Positions 1-7,078 of a stretch of 15,075 bases of DNA are shown piece after piece (the first letter of the stretch is position 1; each line of letters begins with the position of its first letter). Below the pieces are notes generated by a model, which saw nothing but the letters and a program-made list of their open reading frames with translations, searched no databases and was not told the DNA's origin. The stretch is from an uncultured archaeon (GTDB lineage Archaea; Asgardarchaeota; Thorarchaeia; Thorarchaeales; Thorarchaeaceae): positions 142,775 to 157,849 of the forward strand of contig CAYWJO010000003.1 in the NCBI GenBank assembly GCA_964458565.1. The letters are read 5' to 3'. The translations under genes and the position numbers were made by a program.

Positions 1-98
1 TCGTAATCATGTTCGACCTCATGAGAGACATCATGGTCATAGTCGTGTGCGATATCGTGATCGTAGTCATGGTCAACATCATGGTCAATTCCATGATC
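1..98 (-). repeat. Coding 12-nt-period degenerate repeat encoding (H-D/E/G-x-D/A/S/E)n
   Basis: Eight His codons at exactly 4-codon spacing, with mixed synonymous codons. Confidence 0.85.
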
Positions 99-218
99 GG
101 AAAAAACAGCAAATAAACGGCCTAATGCAAACATACCAAATGTATAGAAGAGACCTGCTAAGAATATACCAAAAGAAATCTCTCTCAATATTGCTGCGAC
201 TACTGTGATATCCTGCAC
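1..218 (-). CDS. Partial (runs off left edge) membrane protein with His/Asp-rich repeats, NfeD/YqiJ-like N-terminus
   Basis: Not in the ORF track. Manual translation from GTG at 218: MQDITVVAAILREISFGIFLAGLFYTFGMFALGRLFAVFSDHGIDHDVDHDYDHDIAHDYDHDVSHEVEHDY... A hydrophobic segment is followed by HDxD tetrads, a layout typical of NfeD/YqiJ-type flotillin partners. There is an in-frame TAA upstream and no ATG. The family call is inference. Confidence 0.65.
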   Translation of the reverse strand, partial: MQDITVVAAILREISFGIFLAGLFYTFGMFALGRLFAVFSDHGIDHDVDHDYDHDIAHDYDHDVSHEVEHDY

Positions 219-442
219 TGTTTTACCAACTAACCCGCACTTTCTTATGAATTACTTGGGTTCATATAGAGTATTGACTTGAAAAAATATAAAGCTGAGC
301 CAATGAATTATCCTGAATAATCATTTTCATCATCGGGAATATGTTGATATATTAGCCGAGAGAGGCTGGATTGGACGATTCTCGAAAATGTCAGGAATAA
401 ACATTTATCAGAGATAGAATAAGTTGGAGATAGGAGCTTTAT

Positions 443-1555
443 ATGCCATCAGGTGCCTTTGTTGTTCATTGGGATGATTTCCAGGGATTACTTGTAAAGA
501 AACGGTATCCCGACTCATTGAGATTGAATGAGAAGAGTCTGAATCTCATCTATTACGAGCACCAACAGGGCGGAGAGATTGGTCTACGAAATCTGAAAGT
601 AGATACACTGAATCTCGCTTCATTCACGCACAAGAATTATCCTGGATGGATTGTGTGTTTTGTACTTGGAGAAGGTGAAGATTACAAAGTCAATGAAAAA
701 CTACTCTCGGGAATGGGAAGATTCATCGTAGAGCTCATTAATGTCGAACCAGACCTAGTGGACATTCAAGAAATACTTGATGATGAGATAATTCTGGCAG
801 AACTTGAAGAGGAGCAAAAACTTGCTACCATTTTCATAACACCATCTGCAGCTATACTCTTAGAAAAAATGCAACAGGAAGGAGTAGAAAAGGCGGCAAA
901 ACTTTCGATGTGGTTAAAGAATCAAACACAGACAGAAGGTTTAGATATAAGAGAAGTAGCTGCTCCATTATTGGAGTCCGGAGTTTTGAAAGTTGAACGA
1001 ATCGGTAAGACTACTGAAGCTGTATTTCTAGTCAAAGATGTCTTCTTCTATCGTTCCCCGCCTGTGGAAGCAATAAAATATTCATTGCAGACCATGCCAC
1101 CTATTGCTGAAGAATACATTGAATATGTCACGAATTTCTTCTCACCACCCCCTCCGAACAAAGGATACAATCCTACAATCCCAGATGATGATCCTAACTC
1201 CCCATTAGTAGAAGATAGAGAAAAGACATCGGCATTATTAGCAAATAGCTTCCACTACCAGATTCTTAATGTGCTTCGTGCCCGACCGATGACTGTAGCA
1301 GAAATTGCAGACGTCACGAATCTACCAAATGAACTTGTGCAAAAGGTCTTATGGTCACTTGAATCGAATAAGGTCACAGTTAGCCTTAAGGGAACAGAAC
1401 ACTGGGCATTAGCTACAAATCCAACATTGGAATCATTCATGCCAGAATATGTCCTACCGATAATATCAAGAAAAGTTCAACAAAAAGAGATTACAGCAGA
1501 AACAGCAACCAGATATCTCGAAATTCTTATTCAGAATTGGGGAGAGAAGAAGTGA
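443..1555 (+). CDS. Longin/uDENN-like N-terminal domain plus probable tandem winged-helix domains (NPRL2/NPRL3-like architecture)
   Basis: GGAG RBS at 432-435. The N-terminus AFVVHWDDFQGLLVKKRYP matches the uDENN/longin start pattern (hhhxFDxxxGPxhxxxYP). Clear C-terminal wHTH YQILNVLRARPMTVAEIADVTNLPNELVQKVLWSLESNKV. Probable central degenerate wHTH at about aa 130-200. Confidence 0.65.
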   Translation: MPSGAFVVHWDDFQGLLVKKRYPDSLRLNEKSLNLIYYEHQQGGEIGLRNLKVDTLNLASFTHKNYPGWIVCFVLGEGEDYKVNEKLLSGMGRFIVELINVEPDLVDIQEILDDEIILAELEEEQKLATIFITPSAAILLEKMQQEGVEKAAKLSMWLKNQTQTEGLDIREVAAPLLESGVLKVERIGKTTEAVFLVKDVFFYRSPPVEAIKYSLQTMPPIAEEYIEYVTNFFSPPPPNKGYNPTIPDDDPNSPLVEDREKTSALLANSFHYQILNVLRARPMTVAEIADVTNLPNELVQKVLWSLESNKVTVSLKGTEHWALATNPTLESFMPEYVLPIISRKVQQKEITAETATRYLEILIQNWGEKK

Positions 1556-2412
1556 TTAGAAGCGTATACATACTTGGACAGCAGAGCAATCTTGTGTATA
1601 GTAAAGAGTACGCACAGATTGAGTCAAAGAATAGTCTGATTGAATACCTTGTCAACCTTACTCAATTTCTTAATAATATAGACCTTGAGGGAAAGATTGA
1701 ATATATGAATCTGGCCGGCACTCGTATTTTCTATAAGGTTGTTCCAGATTACACATTCATTTTCGTTGCTGACAAAGCGGATGATACTGAACAAATAGAG
1801 GAGAAAGTTGACCAACTAGTCGATGTGTTTCTACGTGAATTTGGACATCTTGCTTCTTCAGGCCAACCCTTGGAAGGTTTCGATGTTAAAGTAGACGAGA
1901 TTGCTGTAACGATGGTTAAAGTAGCAATCCTTGGATTTGCCGGTGTAGGAAAGACAACTACCTTACACCTTCTTCGTGGTGAAACCTTACCGCTTATACA
2001 CGATCCAACAATTGGTGTAAGCATTAAGAAATTGCCTGAGGAAGTCGAAAATGCTAACATAGTGCTTTGGGATTTAGCTGGACAATCACGCTTCTCAATA
2101 CTCTGGGCAAAAATGATTGCGAATGCGCAAGTTGTTATTATAGTAACAGACAGTACTCTTGAGAATGTTCTGCGTAGTAAGAAACTTGTCACTCTTGTAA
2201 AGGAAGAAGTACCGGATGCAAAAGTGATTGGTATTGCCAATAAACAAGATTTACCTACTGCGTTGACGCCAGAACGTGTGGGACAGATTCTGAATATTCC
2301 TACATATGAATTGGTTGCGATTGATATCTCGTATCGAGATAGACTCATACAAATAATCCGCAAAGCAATTCTTGAAGGCAAGGCTGAAGCAAAACCACCT
2401 CCAACAACATAG
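1552..2412 (+). CDS. Longin domain - Arf-like small GTPase fusion
   Basis: Start re-assigned to GTG 1552 (GTGA overlap with the upstream stop; GGAGA at 1541-1545), giving MIRSVYIL..., a typical longin beta1. GTPase motifs: G1 GFAGVGKTT, G2 PTIG, G3 WDLAGQ, G4 ANKQDLP. Arf-like features include PTIG, RFSILW, IIVTDS and NKQDLPxA. G5 is atypical (ELVAID). Confidence 0.88.
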   Translation: MIRSVYILGQQSNLVYSKEYAQIESKNSLIEYLVNLTQFLNNIDLEGKIEYMNLAGTRIFYKVVPDYTFIFVADKADDTEQIEEKVDQLVDVFLREFGHLASSGQPLEGFDVKVDEIAVTMVKVAILGFAGVGKTTTLHLLRGETLPLIHDPTIGVSIKKLPEEVENANIVLWDLAGQSRFSILWAKMIANAQVVIIVTDSTLENVLRSKKLVTLVKEEVPDAKVIGIANKQDLPTALTPERVGQILNIPTYELVAIDISYRDRLIQIIRKAILEGKAEAKPPPTT

Positions 2413-2520
2413 TAGCATATGGAAATGAGCATTTTCATTAATACATCCATTACGACAAAGTCTAAAAACATCAAATAGCAGATTCTAGATAGAATAGGGG
2501 CTAAACCTAGGTGACAAATC

Positions 2521-3111
2521 ATGTCCTTTGATATTGCAGAAATGATGGAAAAATTAAAAGAAATAGAAGGCTTCGCAACGAAGGTTGGTGAAACGAAGCG
2601 ATTAGCAGATGAATTGGCAATGAACTTTGCCAGGATGAAGGAAGCGATTAACAAGACAATAAATGAGAGCTTCGCTGAGATTGCTAATCAAATTGACACA
2701 CTCAGGAAGAATATGGAACAGATGGAGTCTGTGCAAACATCAGCCCCAAAAGTGACGACTCCGGCGCCTGAGCCTACACCTGAGACCACACATTCACCAG
2801 AGCCGACGCCGGAGCCTGTAGTTACTCCAGAGCCTACACCAACACCTGAACCCACACCTACTCCGGTACCAGAACCAACCCCACAGCCAGTAGCCACACC
2901 TGAACCCGTTGTTACTGATACTCCGACTGGGGAGGGTAGTGATCAAATGGACTTCTTATTACAACAGAAAGACAGACTAAAAGCAGCATTGACTGATCTT
3001 AGATTTGATTATATGAGAGGTTACATTCCAGAAGAAGACTACAAGGCAAGGGAATCAGAGCTCGACACTCAGCTTGAGGATTTGGACAAACAGATTGCTG
3101 CTCTGAAGTGA
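2521..3111 (+). CDS. Coiled-coil protein with Pro/Thr/Glu linker and C-terminal SHOCT-like helical hairpin
   Basis: GGTGA RBS 6 nt before the ATG. Heptad-rich N-terminal ~70 aa, (PEPT/PTPE)n linker, C-terminal LTDLRFDYMRGYIPEEDYKARESEL. Confidence 0.75.
   Translation: MSFDIAEMMEKLKEIEGFATKVGETKRLADELAMNFARMKEAINKTINESFAEIANQIDTLRKNMEQMESVQTSAPKVTTPAPEPTPETTHSPEPTPEPVVTPEPTPTPEPTPTPVPEPTPQPVATPEPVVTDTPTGEGSDQMDFLLQQKDRLKAALTDLRFDYMRGYIPEEDYKARESELDTQLEDLDKQIAALK
2755..2928 (+). repeat. Coding low-complexity PEPT/PT repeat
   Basis: Encodes TTPAPEPTPETTHSPEPTPEPVVTPEPTPTPEPTPTPVPEPTPQPVATPEPVVTDTPT. Synonymous codons are diverged. Confidence 0.85.
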
Positions 3112-3131
3112 ATCTAGATTAACCGACATGT

Positions 3132-3176
3132 TCTGGGCACATAGTAAATGTGCCCGGACTCTCATTTCTTTTTATT
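3132..3176 (+). terminator. Hairpin plus U-rich terminator of the longin/GTPase cluster
   Basis: GGGCACAT(3135-3142)-AGTAA-ATGTGCCC(3148-3155), extendable by 3 pairs, followed by TTTCTTTTTATT. An A-rich tract at about 3189-3203 gives a U-tract for the convergent gene. Confidence 0.7.
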
Positions 3177-3217
3177 AGAAATTAGCTAAAAAAAGAAAGA
3201 AAAGTAGAGTGAGAACT

Positions 3218-4165
3218 CTACTTCAATAGCTCTTGAGCCGCCTTGATAATTTCTTTTGCTTTATCTTCTGAAATACCAGAAACTTTCTCAGCTATCTTGG
3301 CGGAGTCAGCTTTAGATATCTTCAATACAGTTTTGAACCCGGCTTCCGCTAGCTTTTCTTCAGTCGCAGATCCAACACCAGGAAGATCTGATACCAGTGG
3401 TTTGGTTGTTTTGGTAGCCTTCGGTTTAGTTTCCTTTTTCACCTCAGGTTTCTTCTCTGGAATTTTCTCAGTGGATTTCTTCGTGTCCGTAGGAGGTGTA
3501 TCTTTCTTCTTTTCCACTGTCTTCTTGGTTGACTTCTTCCCTGGTTTTGGTGGTTCTTCTATCTTTGCAGGGGTAGTCTTCTCTGGTTTTGGTTTGGGTT
3601 TGGGTCTTGGTTTGAGCTCAGGTTTGACGTCTAAAGCATCCAGCCTTTCGTCATCATCTCGTTCTGGTGCCTTTTCTAAGGGTTCAATAACAACTTCAGG
3701 ACGACGGTCTTTTGCTTTCTCTTTCCTTTCACCGGTTTCTCTTCGTTTTCTCGCGAGTCGACTTGGTTTCACAGAGGTCATACTCGCTGCAGCAAGTAAA
3801 GCAGTGTCGATTTCCTCAGTGATTACAGATTCTTCAGGAACGGAGGATGCTACTTCTTCAAGAACATCAGCAATCATGATAGGTGATTTACTCTCACGCT
3901 TCTTAAGTTCAGAAGGTGTTGTATAAACTACAAATTTACTTTCACGGATGTAGGGCACAACCTGCCCACGTTCTTCATTCTCTTTGAGGATTTGCCGGGC
4001 AACACTCAGCCTAATACCAAATTTATTGGCCAACTCATATGGTGTCACAGATCTAGCTTTAGATAGATACTCACCGATTTCTTCTGAAACTTCGGGCTTG
4101 ACGACAGCGTCTCTGATTGTCTTCTCAGTTTTAGCTGTTGTCTTGCCCCATTTCTTACGACTGAT
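3218..4165 (-). CDS. rps25e: Ribosomal protein eS25 domain with long charged/Pro-rich extension and C-terminal helix-hairpin-helix domain
   Basis: The frame stays open upstream of the track start (4048): SRKKWGKTTAKTEKTIRDAVVKPEVSEEIGEYLSKARSVTPYELANKFGIRLSVARQILKENEERGQV...FVVYT fits the eS25 pattern (KKW.K; TP..la....I..S.AR..L; V.YT). The C-terminus LVSDLPGVGSATEEKLAEAGF...VSGISEDKAKEII is a tandem HhH. The start (ATC 4165, or ATT 4171) is inferred from AGGAGAG at 4174-4180. Confidence 0.85.
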   Translation of the reverse strand: MSRKKWGKTTAKTEKTIRDAVVKPEVSEEIGEYLSKARSVTPYELANKFGIRLSVARQILKENEERGQVVPYIRESKFVVYTTPSELKKRESKSPIMIADVLEEVASSVPEESVITEEIDTALLAAASMTSVKPSRLARKRRETGERKEKAKDRRPEVVIEPLEKAPERDDDERLDALDVKPELKPRPKPKPKPEKTTPAKIEEPPKPGKKSTKKTVEKKKDTPPTDTKKSTEKIPEKKPEVKKETKPKATKTTKPLVSDLPGVGSATEEKLAEAGFKTVLKISKADSAKIAEKVSGISEDKAKEIIKAAQELLK

Positions 4166-4219
4166 AGCAATTACTCTCCTTTGTCTATTAAGGGGTTCTC
4201 GCGAAACTTCCGGGCTTGG

Positions 4220-4228
4220 CTTTTAAAG
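4220..4228 (-). promoter_or_regulatory. Candidate TATA box for the eS25 gene
   Basis: TTTAAAA on the minus strand, about 40 nt upstream of the AGGAGAG RBS. Confidence 0.45.
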
Positions 4229-4371
4229 ATGACCATTTAATACAATATCCATTAAAGAAAGAATAGAGTACAACTATGCTGCATTCATTGAGATTATTGG
4301 ATAAGAATACCGGAGAGAACGATAAAACACTCTTATGATGGTGAACTCTTGGAAGATGACTCATGGTCGAG

Positions 4372-5652
4372 CTACTTCTTTTTTGGAGTTATCTTCAATT
4401 TCTGTTCTATCATTACTTCGCTATCAGGTGGAATATTCTCGCTGATGACACATCCCGGAGAAATTGTCGAATTCTCTCCAACACGAGTTGCAGGATAGAG
4501 CGATGAATTCACACCAATAATAACACAGTCTCCAATTACCGCGCCAAATTTCTCCATTGGGATCTGAACTCGAGTATCATCATAACAAATGTAAATAGGT
4601 TCTTTCCCAGGACGCCAATTCCAAAGCTGAGCTCCTGCCTCGATACAAGTATCTGCACCAACTATTGAGTCTCCGACATATGTCATCCTTCCAACATTCA
4701 CGTTGGAGAAAAACATACTATTACGAATTTCAACGGAATAACCAATGCGAACATTGTTACTCAGACTAGCGTATTCCCGAATAAGAGAATTATTCCCAAT
4801 ATACACATCCCTACCTAGATACAGAGGACCACGGAGTGTAGTATTAGGTCGAATAATGCAACCCTCATCAATATGAACAGGACCTTCAAGAACCACACTA
4901 TCATGAATCTGAGCAGACTCAGCAATGTATGTGCCCTTGCCTCGCAACCTACGGTCCATAACAATATGATTTGCCTTTAGTAGGTCCCACGGCCATGTGA
5001 ATTCAGCCCATTCTTTCTCCCATACTGTTGCTGCAATTTTCTTCTTGTCTGCAATCATGTGCTCATATGCAGATTCCATTGTTTTATGCTTCTCGAGATA
5101 TTGGAGAACCTCTGAGTTGAATATAGATACACCTGCCACTGCATAGTTACTGATGTATCTCTCAGGTCCTCCTTTTTCAACTAGTCTTTCTACGAGCCCA
5201 CCTGTACCAATCTTCACAGTTCCAAATTGCTCAGGATTTGATACAAGTGTGACAAGCATCGTAACGAAACCATCCATTGTGTGGTGATTCTCAAGAGTCC
5301 TCGAAACCATATCGGATTCTACAAGAACATCACCGTTAACAAGAAGAAATTCCTCGTCATTTTCAAGCTCATCTCGTGCTAATAGAATGGCATTTTCTGC
5401 ACCTTTCTGTTCATGTTGAATAACATAACGTATTCTAGTATCATGATCAGCACCATGCTGAAAATGCTCAATCAACTCCTCCCGACCATGTCCGGCAACC
5501 ACAACGATATCATGGATTCCATTCGCCTTAAGACTCTCAAGGATATATTCCAGAACAGGATGTCCTGCAATCATTAACATTGATTTTGATCGATTAGCGG
5601 TTATTGGACGAAGTCGCTTCCCTTCACCAGCTGTTAGTACTAGAGCCTTCAT
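4372..5652 (-). CDS. Archaeal GlmU-like sugar-phosphate nucleotidyltransferase with left-handed beta-helix domain (divergent active-site motifs)
   Basis: Start re-assigned to ATG 5652 (MKALVLTAGEGKRLRPIT..K). Contains VNGD, VEK, PWDLL, hexapeptide repeats, YVGDS and KFGAVIGD. Confidence 0.88.
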   Translation of the reverse strand: MKALVLTAGEGKRLRPITANRSKSMLMIAGHPVLEYILESLKANGIHDIVVVAGHGREELIEHFQHGADHDTRIRYVIQHEQKGAENAILLARDELENDEEFLLVNGDVLVESDMVSRTLENHHTMDGFVTMLVTLVSNPEQFGTVKIGTGGLVERLVEKGGPERYISNYAVAGVSIFNSEVLQYLEKHKTMESAYEHMIADKKKIAATVWEKEWAEFTWPWDLLKANHIVMDRRLRGKGTYIAESAQIHDSVVLEGPVHIDEGCIIRPNTTLRGPLYLGRDVYIGNNSLIREYASLSNNVRIGYSVEIRNSMFFSNVNVGRMTYVGDSIVGADTCIEAGAQLWNWRPGKEPIYICYDDTRVQIPMEKFGAVIGDCVIIGVNSSLYPATRVGENSTISPGCVISENIPPDSEVMIEQKLKITPKKK

Positions 5653-5705
5653 ATCAGACACACAATCATGGAATCCTCGGATACCAATAAAACTGTTGTT
5701 TCGGT

Positions 5706-6434
5706 TCAAACTTTGTCTAGTTTGAAATAAATTCGTCTTTTTCCAGAACCAACATTCTTTGTTTTTCCAATTCTGATTAATCCAATTTCAGAAGTACTTG
5801 AAACATGTGTCCCTGCGCAAGATGCAGCATCATAGTCACCTATTATCAAAACACGAAACGTTTTAACCGAGGTAGGAACCATCTCGAGGTATCGCTTTTG
5901 ATAACCCCATTTGGTCAGGAATCGGATGGCTTCATCTCGTGGCATAAAGCGAATGTCGACATTGAGATTCCGAGTGATGATATCATTGACTCCATTCTCA
6001 ACCTCTCGCTTCATCTCCTCACTGATTTCCTCAATGGGGGTATAATCAGCTCGGCTCTCTCCTGGTTTTATCATATTCCCTACTGTTTCTAATTCATAAT
6101 GAATCTGAAGATAACGTGACAGAATGTGTTGAGCAGTATGAAACCGCATGCATTCATATCTGAAATCCCAATCGAGTATTCCATGTATTGAATCACCAAT
6201 CTCGATAGTGGACACATCATCGATCAGATGTTTTACTACGTCGTTATCTTTGATGGTGTTTTTCACAGGATAAATCAAGCCATCTTTCTCAATATTACCA
6301 CAATCCCCACTCTGACCGCCTCCTTCAGGATAAAATGAAGTTCTATCCAAAACCACGTAGCCTTCTTCTATATCAACAATCTTAGCATCAAATTCACGAA
6401 GATAGTTATCTTGCATAAATAGAAGGTCAGTCAT
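5706..6434 (-). CDS. alaX: Free-standing alanyl-tRNA editing protein, AlaX-M type
   Basis: LDRTSFYPEGGGQxxD, Zn-binding HxxxH (HTAQH) and CxxxH (CAGTH); 242 aa; GGTGA/GGAG RBS. Confidence 0.92.
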   Translation of the reverse strand: MTDLLFMQDNYLREFDAKIVDIEEGYVVLDRTSFYPEGGGQSGDCGNIEKDGLIYPVKNTIKDNDVVKHLIDDVSTIEIGDSIHGILDWDFRYECMRFHTAQHILSRYLQIHYELETVGNMIKPGESRADYTPIEEISEEMKREVENGVNDIITRNLNVDIRFMPRDEAIRFLTKWGYQKRYLEMVPTSVKTFRVLIIGDYDAASCAGTHVSSTSEIGLIRIGKTKNVGSGKRRIYFKLDKV

Positions 6435-6445
6435 TCTCCAATCAC

Positions 6446-6871
6446 CTAATCAGTTGCAGATTCTCTCATTCGCTTCCATTCCTCCACGGCTAGATCCTTA
6501 GCTAATTCCAGAGATTCTCCTGATAGACTAACATCACGAGTATCTGCAGCAGCGTCAATGATTTCTCTGATAGATTGTTCATCATCCTCTTCTTGGAGTC
6601 CTGTTAGGATTGCGGATATGATATCATTAGAGATTCCGTGCTCTGAAAGCATCTGTGCTAGTGGAGTATAAGATATTGGAATGAATCCCGAATCTGTAGA
6701 AGGCGTTAGATCTAATGCCTCCATTTTTTCTGTGAAAATCTCAGTGATGATTTCTTGTCGCGATCGAACGACAGGTGCGTCAGGAACTCGTCCCTTTTCT
6801 GCAGATGAAAACATCTTCTTCAACTGCTTTCCAATCTGAGATTTCTTGGGTTTCTTACCTCGACGAAACAT
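6446..6871 (-). CDS. Hypothetical protein, basic N-terminus and acidic helical C-terminus
   Basis: Open frame ending 11 nt before alaX. The start is probably ATG 6871 (MFRRGKK), after a GGTG RBS. Confidence 0.7.
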   Translation of the reverse strand: MFRRGKKPKKSQIGKQLKKMFSSAEKGRVPDAPVVRSRQEIITEIFTEKMEALDLTPSTDSGFIPISYTPLAQMLSEHGISNDIISAILTGLQEEDDEQSIREIIDAAADTRDVSLSGESLELAKDLAVEEWKRMRESATD

Positions 6872-7078
6872 TACAACACCGGCCACTAATGCAACTTTTT
6901 TTGGTAGTATCATGAATATTTATGATTCCAATGGATTTGATATTATCTCTACATATCGTTTCCACAATATCCATATAGGAACACAAACACTCCGGGGATG
7001 GTTCTCATAGTGCAAAGGTCACTTTAAGGTTTCTCCGAGAGCCCCAAAATCAATATCACCTATTTGTGAGATGGCGTT

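Noticed and set aside
1749-2654. 301-aa minus-strand ORF
   Set aside because: Antisense shadow of the GTPase and coiled-coil genes; no motifs of its own.
2755-2928. Repetitive DNA as a possible CRISPR array or VNTR
   Set aside because: No identical repeat-spacer units; the periodicity is explained by the encoded PEPT linker. The same applies to the His/Asp repeat at 1-98.
3243-4226. Plus-strand 227-aa and 80-aa ORFs (F/S/G/V-rich, superficially membrane-like)
   Set aside because: Their composition is the reverse complement of the K/E/P/T-rich eS25 gene.
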